From Rhizobacter sp. (GTDB taxonomy: Bacteria; Pseudomonadota; Gammaproteobacteria; Burkholderiales; Burkholderiaceae_C), in assembly GCA_031360005.1 (NCBI GenBank), contig JANMAW010000198.1, forward strand, positions 1-43,524: a DNA stretch of 43,524 nt. The letters run 5' to 3'. The notes under the pieces are model-generated. The model did not search any database, was not told where the DNA came from, and saw only the letters and a list, made by a program, of their open reading frames with translations. Of the stretch, positions 28,640-37,800 are shown in pieces (position 1 is the stretch's first letter; every line of letters starts with the position of its first letter). Both the position numbers and the translations under genes were made by a program.

Positions 28640-28809
28640 GTCTTGCAGGGCAGGATCGCATCGACCTCCTTGCGGACCGCCGCCGATCGACGCGTCAGCC
28701 CCTGCAACGACGGACAGGTCTTGGCGGCATCGAAGCTGACGGGCCGCCGCCTGCCGCCGATGTGCAGCTCGATGAATGCATTGATCATGTTGATCCAGAT
28801 GAGGCGCAT
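28640..28809 (-). pseudogene. 5' part of a decayed Asp/Asn beta-hydroxylase duplicate
   Basis: MRLIWINMINAFIELHIGGRRRPVSFDAAKTCPSL…EVDAILPCK matches the N-terminus of 28870..29607. Both have GGGAGACG just upstream of the ATG. Confidence 0.9.
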
Positions 28810-28869
28810 CCTCGTCTCCCTCCGATGGAGGGCGCGATCCGCGATGAAGCGTGAGCGCCGCCGCCCCGA

Positions 28870-29607
28870 TCAGCGCCCCGGGATCGACCCCCCCGACGCC
28901 GGCATCTTCTGCGACGCGGCCTCGATCGCGTCGCTGACCCGCTTGTACAGATCGGATCGCCCCATCCACCAGATGGCGGCCGCATTCAGCGCGTGCGGCA
29001 GCAAGGGCAGCGGGCGCAGCACATCGACGATGAGAACGACGCGGACCCCTGGGCTGTGGTTTGTGACCTCGTGTTGCCAGCTGTCATCGAACAGGTACGC
29101 GACGCCTTCCTGCCATTGGTGGATCTCGTCCTTTACGCGGATCGTCGGCGGGTCGACCTCCGGAACCACCAGCCCCAGGTGGTAGCGAAGAATGCCGCGA
29201 TAGGCACCGTCGTGGGCCGGGATCGACTTGCCCGGTTCCAGGATCGAAAAGAACGCGTTGACAACGTTCGGAACTTTCGCGACGAGGGCGTCTGTGATCG
29301 GGCATTTCGACGCGTTGGCTTCGTTGCGGCGCGTCACGTAGCTGAACATGTAGGTGCGCCAGGCCCGCTCGGGGTCGATCTGCGACGAGATGTACTTCTG
29401 GTTCTTGTCGACTTCGTGGTAGCTGGGAATGCTGTCCTTGTAGGGCAGGATGGCCTCGACCTCGCGCCGGATGTCGGCGTGTCGTCGGGTCAACTCGTCC
29501 AGTGATGGGTAGGTCTTGACGACATCGAAGCTGACCGGCCGCTTCTTTTTGCCGCCGATGTGCAGGTCGATGAACGCATTGACCATGTTGATCCAGATGA
29601 GGCGCAT
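28870..29607 (-). CDS. Aspartyl/asparaginyl beta-hydroxylase domain protein (Fe(II)/2-OG)
   Basis: FFSILEPGKSIPAHDG, RYHLGL, FDDSWQHEVTN, RVVLIVD. Confidence 0.9.
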   Translation of the reverse strand: MRLIWINMVNAFIDLHIGGKKKRPVSFDVVKTYPSLDELTRRHADIRREVEAILPYKDSIPSYHEVDKNQKYISSQIDPERAWRTYMFSYVTRRNEANASKCPITDALVAKVPNVVNAFFSILEPGKSIPAHDGAYRGILRYHLGLVVPEVDPPTIRVKDEIHQWQEGVAYLFDDSWQHEVTNHSPGVRVVLIVDVLRPLPLLPHALNAAAIWWMGRSDLYKRVSDAIEAASQKMPASGGSIPGR

Positions 29608-29662
29608 GAACCGTCTCCCGCCTGCAGCTTGTTGCGTTCGATTCCCGGGCCGAGCGCCTGAT

Positions 29663-30703
29663 TCAGGCGGCGCCCAGATAACGGCGCCGCTGGTCGCGCC
29701 AGCGCCGCTGCGTCACCCATTCGTACAAGCCCCAGCCGTAGCCGCTCAGTGCACCCAGGTCTTTCGTGATGACGGCCAGCGCCACCATGCCGCGCCGCCC
29801 ACGCGCCGCTTCGGCGCCAAACACCCGCTGCATGCGCGAGATGCCCGCCCGCTGAAGGTAAGCCGCGGCGAGGACGACGCTTGCCAGCGCCGCCGGCCAC
29901 CACGCCAACCCGGCGATCAGCGCCGCGGCGACGGCAAAATAGATCAGGGCCGTGCGGCCGTGCCGGGCCGCGCCGATGCCCAGCCGCGCCTCGCCGCGCG
30001 AATAGAGCCGATTCTGCCGGAACAGATCGCCCGGTGTCGGCCGCATGTGGTGGTACAGCCGCGCGCCGAGAGCCACCCCGACGGGTGCCCGCGAGGCGAG
30101 CAGCTTGTGACCGAACAGCCAGTCCTCGCCGGCGCGCAACCACTGCGGCTGGCCCCCCAGGCGCAAGTAGGTGTCGCGCCGCACCGCCATGCCGAGCCCG
30201 CCGAGCCGCACCTCGCTTGGCATGCGTGCGCGCTGCTCGTCGAGCGAAAGCCGGGCGAACAGCGTCGCGTCCTGGTACTGGATGGCGGCAACGCAACGCT
30301 CGAAGTCGTTGGTCATCATCGGTTCGTACAAGCCACCGACCGCTTCGATTCGCGCATCGGCCTCGAAGGGCCGCGCCATCTCCTCGATCCAGTGCGGATC
30401 GATCACGTTGCCAAAATCGACGAACAAGAGCAGGTCGCAGGTCGAGACCTTCGCGCCCTCGTTACGCGCCGCGCCCGGCAGCATGCCGGGGCGCACCAGC
30501 AGCCGAACCGGCAGGCTGGTGGCGGCGTGCTGCTGCAGCAGCGCATGGGTGGCGTCGGTCGAGCCACCGTCGATGACGATGATCTCTTCGGGCTGCCGCG
30601 TCGACGCCCGCACCGCCTGCATCGCGGGGGCTATCGTGGCCTCTTCATTCAACGACGGCATCAGTAGCGCGATGCGCAGCGATTTCGAATCCGGACCCGC
30701 CAT
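29663..30703 (-). CDS. Glycosyltransferase family 2
   Basis: MPSLNEE, IIVIDGGSTD, ARNEG, GEDW, C-terminal TM segments. Confidence 0.9.
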   Translation of the reverse strand: MAGPDSKSLRIALLMPSLNEEATIAPAMQAVRASTRQPEEIIVIDGGSTDATHALLQQHAATSLPVRLLVRPGMLPGAARNEGAKVSTCDLLLFVDFGNVIDPHWIEEMARPFEADARIEAVGGLYEPMMTNDFERCVAAIQYQDATLFARLSLDEQRARMPSEVRLGGLGMAVRRDTYLRLGGQPQWLRAGEDWLFGHKLLASRAPVGVALGARLYHHMRPTPGDLFRQNRLYSRGEARLGIGAARHGRTALIYFAVAAALIAGLAWWPAALASVVLAAAYLQRAGISRMQRVFGAEAARGRRGMVALAVITKDLGALSGYGWGLYEWVTQRRWRDQRRRYLGAA

Positions 30704-30730
30704 CTCGCCCCCTTCGACACTTTCTCAAGT

Positions 30731-30815
30731 ATGGCAGTCGGGCGTGCCGTCGAACAAGTGCTGCAGGCAACATACGAATTTCGATTCTTGGGGGGCGTCC
30801 CCCGGTTCAGGGGGT
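30731..30815. promoter_or_regulatory. Repeated intergenic element, copy 1
   Basis: ATGGCAG…GTCGAACA…TTCGATTCTTGGGGGGCGTCCCCCGGTTCAGGGGGT; similar copy at 34625..34712. Regulatory role is inferred. Confidence 0.65.
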
Positions 30816-30969
30816 ACCCGCTCGCCGATACGTGGGTCGCCTTGGCTTCAACTTCAAGATACGGTACCGGACGTGCTGTGCGGACGGCGGCAAGCCAAGC
30901 AGCCGCCATGCTCACGGCAACCCGCGACAATCGGCCGCAACACATCCGCGGAGGACGAGTACAACGCCC

Positions 30970-32016
30970 ATGCAGTCCACCTCCCTGCCCGAGCCGACGC
31001 GTCGCCGAACGCTCCTGCTGGCCCTGCTGACCGCAGGCATCGCACTTGTCATCGCTCTAGCCTTGGGCGAGTTTCTTGTGCGCTGGATCGCCCCGCAGGA
31101 GACCATGACCCCGCGCTCGAAGTTCTCGTCGGCGTACGGGATCGAGTTCCATCCGAATCGAGTGATGGTGAACGAGTTGTCGGGCCAATGGCGCTTCGCG
31201 TACACGACGAACGAACAGGGGCATCGCGGGCCGGTCATCCCGGTATCGAACGCGTACCCCAAGCCCAATGTCGTCGTACTCGGCGACTCCTTCACCTTCG
31301 GCTACGGCGTCGCCGACGGCCAGGAGTATCCGGCCCAGTTGCGCGAACTGCTCCAGGTGAGCCACGGCGTCATCAACCTGGGCGTCGGCGGCTGGGGGCT
31401 CACTCAGGAAATTCGGCGCTACTACGAACTTGGACGCCTCTATGAGCCGCAAATCGTCGTGCTCCAGTTCACCAGCAACGACCCCGTTGACAACATGCTC
31501 TACCCGGTAACGAGCATAGAAAACGGGCGCTTCCGCTTCCGTGATCGCAATGCATCCGAAAACGTCAGTGTGGTCAAGCGCCTGCTGTCGGACTCGTCAA
31601 TTCAACACAGCCATCTCTACGCGTTCGCCCGTGCCCGCTTGTACTACTCGGTGCGCGAAAAGGAGATCGCCGCCGCAAGCCTTGGCAACGTCAATACGGC
31701 CACCGATGTCACGCAACGATTCCACGCCGACCTGCTCGATCTCTTCGCTCGCGACCTCTCGTCACGCGGCATCCGACTCCTGATGATTGCGGTGGAGAAA
31801 AACCTGGAGCCGTTCCCCATCATCCGGCAAAAGATGCAGCAACTCAGCGCCGATGGCAAGGCCACCTACCTCGACGTCGAGGAGTGGTTCAAGACCGGGC
31901 CGCACGACTATTCGCCGGAGGGCCACTGGGGCGCCGCAACGCACCGCACCGTGGCCGAAGGTCTGGCCCGTGAGATCGTGCAGCACGCCACGGCTGTTCG
32001 GACGGATGCGCGATGA
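30970..32016 (+). CDS. Membrane-anchored SGNH/GDSL hydrolase-family protein
   Basis: Start likely ATG 30970. N-terminal TM helix, VVLGDSFTFG, INLGVGG, FTSND, EGHW. Confidence 0.85.
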   Translation: MQSTSLPEPTRRRTLLLALLTAGIALVIALALGEFLVRWIAPQETMTPRSKFSSAYGIEFHPNRVMVNELSGQWRFAYTTNEQGHRGPVIPVSNAYPKPNVVVLGDSFTFGYGVADGQEYPAQLRELLQVSHGVINLGVGGWGLTQEIRRYYELGRLYEPQIVVLQFTSNDPVDNMLYPVTSIENGRFRFRDRNASENVSVVKRLLSDSSIQHSHLYAFARARLYYSVREKEIAAASLGNVNTATDVTQRFHADLLDLFARDLSSRGIRLLMIAVEKNLEPFPIIRQKMQQLSADGKATYLDVEEWFKTGPHDYSPEGHWGAATHRTVAEGLAREIVQHATAVRTDAR

Positions 32017-32024
32017 TCCGGCAG

Positions 32025-33860
32025 TCAATCGAGTTCGAAGGCATGCTTGTAGTCGAGCGCGAGACTCGGGTCCTGCTCGTCTTTGACCAGCAACAGATTG
32101 CCGATCGCCAGCGTTTCAATCTCGCAGCCCATGAAGCAGCGAAATGCGTCTTCGGGGGTGCAAACGATGGGCTCGCCACGCACGTTGAAACTCGTGTTTA
32201 CCAACACCGGGCAGCCGGTCGCCTCCTTGAAGCGCGAAAGCAGGGCGTGAAAGCGCGGATTCGTGTCGGCATGCACCGTCTGGATTCTTGCCGAGTAGTC
32301 GACATGGGTCACCGCCGGGATCTCCGAGCGCGGCACATTGAGCTTGTCTATCCCGAATAGCGCCTGCTCGCCCTCGGTCATGGCTCTGCGGCGGGGCGCC
32401 ACCACGTCGGCGACAAGCAGCATATAGGGTGAGTCGGCGTCGATTTCGAACCAGTCGGACACGTCTTCCCGCAACACGGCCGGCGCGAACGGTCGGAACG
32501 ATTCGCGGTACTTGATGCGCAGGTTCAGGGTCTTCTGCATGGCCTGCGAGCGCGGATCCGCGATGATCGAGCGCGCCCCGAGCGCCCGCGGGCCGAACTC
32601 CATTCGGCCCTGAAACCAGCCCACCGCCTTTCCCGCGACCAGTTCGGCCACGACCCGGTCCAACATCAGCGACTCATCAAGCCGCGTGATGCGCGCGCCG
32701 CAGCGCGTGAGTCGGGAGGTGATCTCGTCGTCGCTGAACGAGGGCCCGAGGTAGGCACCGTTCATGGCATCTTTGCCGCCGTTAAGGATGCGCGGTGCAC
32801 CGAGATGCGTGTGCCACGCCGCCAGCGCTGCCCCGAGCGCACCTCCGGCATCGCCAGCGGCCGGCTGGACCCATATATGTTGGAAGCGGCCGTCGCGCAG
32901 GACCTTGCCGTTGGCCACGCAGTTCAGCGCCACGCCACCGGCAAGACACAGGTTGCGGATTCCGGATTCAGCGGCGAGCGCGCGGGTCATGCGCAGCACA
33001 GCTTCTTCGGTGACAGCCTGAATCGACGCGGCAATATCCATATGCCGCTGCAGCAACGGCTCGTCAGGCTTGCGCGGCGGGCCGTCGAAGAGATCATGCA
33101 GTCGATCGTGCGTCATCGCCAGACCCACGCAGTAGTCGAAATAGCGTTGGTCGAGGCGGAACGAGCCGTCCGGCTTGAGATCGATGACGTGATCGAGCAT
33201 CTTCTGCGCGAATCGCGGCGTCCCGTAGGGCGCAAGCCCCATCACCTTGTATTCGCCCGAGTTGACCTTGAACCCGATGTAGTAGGTGAATGCCGAATAA
33301 AGCAGCCCGAGAGAATGCGGGAAGTGGATTTCCTTGACCATCTCGAGTGAGGCACCGCGGCCGATTGCCGTCGATGTGGTCGCCCATTCGCCAACGCCGT
33401 CCATGGTCAGCACGACAGCCTCGTCGAATGGCGAGGCAAAGAAAGCCGAGGCCGCATGGCTCTGGTGGTGCTCGGCGAAAAGCAATCGCGCCTCCCAGTC
33501 GACGCCGGGCGCGAATCGTTCGAGTTCCTTGCGAAGCAGTCGCTTCTGGAACAGCTTCTCGGTCAGCCATAGCGGCACAGCCATGCGGAACGAGCGAAAG
33601 CCGCGCGGCGCATAGGCCAGATAGGTCTCGAGCAGACGCTCGAACTTGAGGAACGGCTTGTCGTAGAAGACGACGTGATCGACCGCCGCCGCCCCGATAC
33701 CTGCCTCGGTCAGACAGTAATCGATGGCACGGTGGGGAAAACAAGAATCATGCTTCTTGCGCGTGAACCGCTCTTCCTGTGCCGCGGCGACGACCCGGCC
33801 GCCTTCGAGCAGCGCAGCCGCGCTGTCGTGGTAAAGCGCGGAAATGCCGAGGATCCACAC
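32025..33860 (-). CDS. O-carbamoyltransferase (NodU/CmcH/SxtI family)
   Basis: ILGISALYHDSAAA, QEERFTRKKHD, EHHQSHAASAF, DGVGE, GEYKVMGLAPYG, GGVALNC, EFGPRALG, RESFRPFAP, NTSFNVRGEPIV. Confidence 0.96.
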   Translation of the reverse strand: MWILGISALYHDSAAALLEGGRVVAAAQEERFTRKKHDSCFPHRAIDYCLTEAGIGAAAVDHVVFYDKPFLKFERLLETYLAYAPRGFRSFRMAVPLWLTEKLFQKRLLRKELERFAPGVDWEARLLFAEHHQSHAASAFFASPFDEAVVLTMDGVGEWATTSTAIGRGASLEMVKEIHFPHSLGLLYSAFTYYIGFKVNSGEYKVMGLAPYGTPRFAQKMLDHVIDLKPDGSFRLDQRYFDYCVGLAMTHDRLHDLFDGPPRKPDEPLLQRHMDIAASIQAVTEEAVLRMTRALAAESGIRNLCLAGGVALNCVANGKVLRDGRFQHIWVQPAAGDAGGALGAALAAWHTHLGAPRILNGGKDAMNGAYLGPSFSDDEITSRLTRCGARITRLDESLMLDRVVAELVAGKAVGWFQGRMEFGPRALGARSIIADPRSQAMQKTLNLRIKYRESFRPFAPAVLREDVSDWFEIDADSPYMLLVADVVAPRRRAMTEGEQALFGIDKLNVPRSEIPAVTHVDYSARIQTVHADTNPRFHALLSRFKEATGCPVLVNTSFNVRGEPIVCTPEDAFRCFMGCEIETLAIGNLLLVKDEQDPSLALDYKHAFELD

Positions 33861-33863
33861 GGC

Positions 33864-34016
33864 TCAGAACAGCGTGTAGATGAACGGAGCGATCACGGAC
33901 CCTTTCGTGGCGACCAGCAGCCCGCCAAGCAAGGCCAACATCACGAAGAGCGGCGCCAACCAGTACTTCTTGCGAACCCGCATGAAGCGCCAGAGTTCTC
34001 GCACGAACGACAGCAT
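33864..34016 (-). CDS. 50-aa membrane protein, DUF5989 / SxtK-like (absent from the ORF track)
   Basis: Translated by hand: MLSFVRELWRFMRVRKKYWLAPLFVMLALLGGLLVATKGSVIAPFIYTLF*. RKKYWL.P and APFIYTLF are family hallmarks. Confidence 0.9.
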   Translation of the reverse strand: MLSFVRELWRFMRVRKKYWLAPLFVMLALLGGLLVATKGSVIAPFIYTLF

Positions 34017-34029
34017 CGCCGGTGCCACC

Positions 34030-34452
34030 CTAGAACTGGTCGGTCATCGAGCGCGGCGGCTCGGGATTCGGGTCGCGGCGTATCCAATACGTTGGCGCGA
34101 CCGGCTCTCGCTTCAGGCGCAGCAGATCCTTGCCAAACAGGCGAAGCAACAAAGCGGTGGGCACGACCGACAGCACGAACAGCAACGCCATCACGACCGG
34201 ATTGACGACGGCGTGCAATAGCTGTCCGAGACGCAACCATGCACGGCTCAAGGGCCTCAGCGGTGCCGGCCACCAGAGGGCAAGTGCAGCAAAAACCAGC
34301 CCCGCCACCAGCAGGATCGCGCCGCCTGGGCGGCTGTGCCAAGCTCGATATACAGCCGTCAGCGCGAATATGGCGGCGAACACGAACCCGAACCTCCGCT
34401 CTGTGGGCGGGCTGGCCCCTTCCTCACGCTGGAGACGTTCATGCAGACGCAT
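34030..34452 (-). CDS. SxtJ-family membrane protein
   Basis: ERRFGFVF, PLSRAWLRLGQLLHAVVNPVVMALLF, GKDLLRL, TYWI, MTDQF. Start ATG 34452 (alternative GTG 34494). Confidence 0.85.
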   Translation of the reverse strand: MRLHERLQREEGASPPTERRFGFVFAAIFALTAVYRAWHSRPGGAILLVAGLVFAALALWWPAPLRPLSRAWLRLGQLLHAVVNPVVMALLFVLSVVPTALLLRLFGKDLLRLKREPVAPTYWIRRDPNPEPPRSMTDQF

Positions 34453-34624
34453 CAATCTCTCCGCCTTGAATCCAAATCTTGACCGATCGTACACGCAGGC
34501 GTCGCGAATCGCGCCGCCTACGCCTGCGGCACTGAGCTGTTGAAACCATGCGGCTCAAGCAGGCCAAGGGGCGAACTGCGCCACGCTGACGGACCCCGCC
34601 ACGCCCTGCAAAACGGTCGCGTGC

Positions 34625-34712
34625 ATGGCAGCTGGCACTCCCGGTCGAACAGTTCCGGAGCCCCTTGGATGAGCTTCGATTCTTGGGGGGCGGAGCCCCC
34701 GGTTTAGGGGGT
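34625..34712. promoter_or_regulatory. Repeated intergenic element, copy 2
   Basis: ATGGCAG…GTCGAACA…TTCGATTCTTGGGGGGCGGAGCCCCCGGTTTAGGGGGT; matches 30731..30815. Confidence 0.65.
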
Positions 34713-34876
34713 CGCGAGGACTCCAGTTGATATCATCATCCGAACCTTCGCGTCGAACATCGAGAAGGGTCCGCTTCGGTCCGAACCAGCGGCCGGCTCG
34801 ACGGTGACTGCGGACCACAAGGCACCCCGCCCCGTCCTGCGACGGCGCGGCGCGACCGTACGACGAAGGGGCAGCG

Positions 34877-37800
34877 ATGACAACTGGACCGCTCGAAGCG
34901 GCGTTGCGGGCCACGCCGCAGATCGACGATTGCAGGGTCGTGATGCGGCGCACCACGGCCGGCGCGCTCGAACCTGTCGTCTATGCGGTGCCGGCGGCCG
35001 GGGTCTCGGCTGACGAACTGGCGGCTTCCGTCGCGGCGCTGCCTCTGGGGGCCGTGTCGCCCGCCGTTGTCGTGGTGCTGCCGGCGGCGCCGCTTGCCGA
35101 GTCTGGCGATTGGGATCCCCCGGCACTCGACACGTTGGCCGTGCTCGATGCCGAAGTGCTGGACCATGCCGAGCGGCTGGCGCGCGAGGCGACCGGGCTC
35201 TACAACGTCGCCGCCGTTGCCAGCACCCGCGCTGCGGCCGCCCCGCCCTGGCATCTGTCGGCGCTGCTGCCGAACTGGTCGCGGCCGTCGATGGCGCCCG
35301 GCACCGAGGCACGCCGCGCCGATGCGCAAGCTGCGTCGACGCAAACGCTCGCGCCGCCTGCGCTCAGCGATGGCGGCGAACTGCTGATTCCCGACGGCGG
35401 GCCCGCGCTGCTTGCCGAGATGCTGCTGCGCGCCGCTGAGGTGCCAGCGCCGGCGGGCCTCGTCGTCGTGCGCGCCGATGGCCGCGAGATCGAGATCCGC
35501 TATGCCGAATTGCTGGGCCAGGCGCGGTGCATCCTGAGCGGGCTTCGCGTCGCCGGGCTCTGCGCCGGCGACCATCTGTTGATGCCACTGCGTCACCACG
35601 ACGACTTCCTCGCCACTTTCTGGGCCTGCCAGTTGGGCGGCATCGTGCCGGTGCCCGTCGGCGTGCCGCCAAGCTTCGGCGAGGCCAATGGTGCATTGAA
35701 ACACATGGCCGATGCGATGGAGATGTTCGATCGACCGGTCATTGCGGCAGACGCCGCCGTGCTCGCCGGCCTGCGCCAGGCCGCGCACGTGTTGCCGCTG
35801 AAAGTACACCGCGCGCTCGATGTCGCAGCGCTGCGTTCGCATGCACCGGCCACTGAGCTGCACGCCGCCCGACCCGGCGACATTGCGCTGATGATGTTGA
35901 CCTCGGGCAGCACCGGCCGGCCCAAGGGCGTGCCGCTGCCGCACCGCTGCCTCATCGCACGCACGGTGGGCACGGTGGCGATGAACCGCACCCCGGCGGG
36001 CGTGACGTCGCTGAACTGGATGCCGCTCAGCCATGTCGCCGGCCTGCTCCTGTCGCATCTGCAGGACACGTACCTTGCCGCGCGCCAAGTTCTCGTGCAG
36101 ACCGAAGACATCCTGCGCACGCCGCTGCTGTGGCTTGACCTGCTCGAGCGACACCGAGTGCAGTTCACGTTTGCGCCGAACTTCGCGTTCGGCCTCGTCG
36201 CTGCCGAGGCCGACCAGATCGCGCGCCGCCGTTGGGATCTCTCGCGCCTGGCCTTCATCATGAACGGCGGTGAAGCGATCGTCGCCGCGACGGCCCGGCG
36301 CTTCATGTCGCTGCTCGCGCCGCACGGCCTGCCCGCCGACGCCATGGTTCCGGCCTGGGGCATGTCCGAGCTGTGTTCCGGCGTTACCTATGAGCACGGT
36401 TTTGGACTGGAGACGACGTCGGACAGCGATCCGTACGTCAGAGTCGGCCGGCCGATGCCCGGTGTGCGGCTGCGCATTGTCAACGATCGCGGCGAGGTGA
36501 TGCGCGAAGGCCAGACCGGGCAATTGCAGATCGCCTGCGCCAGCCTCTTCGGCGGCTACTTCCGCGACCTGCCTCCTCGTGCGGAGGCCTTCAGCGCCGA
36601 CGGCTGGTTCTTCACCGGCGATCTGGCACGCATCGACGACGGCAATCTAACAATTACCGGCCGCGACAAGGACGTGATCATCATCAACGGTGCCAACTAC
36701 GCCGGCCCGGCGATCGAGGCCGCGGTGGAAGAGCTGGCCGGCGTCGCGCGCTCCTTCACCGCCGCGTGCGCAGTGGCCGACGCGCGTGTCGGCGGGGGCG
36801 AAGGACTTGCGCTGTTCGTTGTGCCGGAACGCGACGACGACCGCGGGCTTGCCGATCTGCTGCGCGCAATCCGGCAAAAAATCGTGCAGAGTTTCGGCAT
36901 CAGCCCGGCCGTGATCGTGCCGCTGACGCGCGACGACATCCCGAAGACCTCCATCGGCAAGATCCAACGCGCTGCCTTGCAGAAGGCATTGCAACACGGT
37001 CGGTACGAAGCGGCGCTGCGCCGCGTCGATGTGCTGTCGGCCAATGAGCACACGCTGCCGCGCTGGTTCTACCACCGCGTCTGGCACCAGCGGCTGGCGG
37101 CTCCTGCGGCGCCGTCGGCGAGCGCGCTGCCGTGCCTGCTGCTGTTCGCGAACATCGGCGATCCCCTGATGCAGGCGCTGGCTGCAGCGTCGCCGAACAC
37201 CACTGTGGTCGAGCGTGGCAGTGCTTTTGAACACGTCGCGCCGGGGCACTTTCGTGTCGGCCCGATGCTGCGCGACGACATCGCCCGCATCTGCGCATTG
37301 TTGGCCGCGCAAGGGCAGGCGCCGAGCCACGCCATCTGGCTGTTGGCCCTGGATGGCGCGACGAGCGGCGATCTGGCCAGCCGTTGCGTGGCCATCGGCC
37401 ATGACTTCATCGCCAGCCTGCAGGGCCTGATGGCGCATGGCGGCGCGATGTCGCTGGCCGTCGTGACGCGCGGCGCCGTGCGCGTGCATGCCGGTGACAC
37501 CGCGCACCCGGATCGTGCGATGCTGGCCGCGCTGGTGCAAACGGCGGCGCAGGAACACCAACACTGCCACGCGGTGCATGTCGATGTCGATGTCGATGTC
37601 GATGCCGACGCCGACGCGCCCGGGCGCCTCGCCTCGCGCATCATCGGCGAGTTGACGACGCCCGGCGACCAGCGCGAGGTCGCCTGGCGCGGCGAGGAGC
37701 GCTGGATACCGCTGCTGCAAGCGCTCGCCTTGGAGACCGCACCCCAGGCGTCACCGCTTCTGCGGCGTGGCGGGCGCTACGTGATCACCGGCGGGCTGGG

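Noticed and set aside
28870-29607. lpxO (lipid A hydroxylase) gene symbol
   Set aside because: Same domain family, but it lacks clear terminal membrane helices and orthology cannot be established from the sequence.
30970-34452. Saxitoxin biosynthesis cluster
   Set aside because: Only sxtI/J/K/L-like families are present; no sxtA, sxtG or sxtB-like genes, and the context is polysaccharide synthesis.
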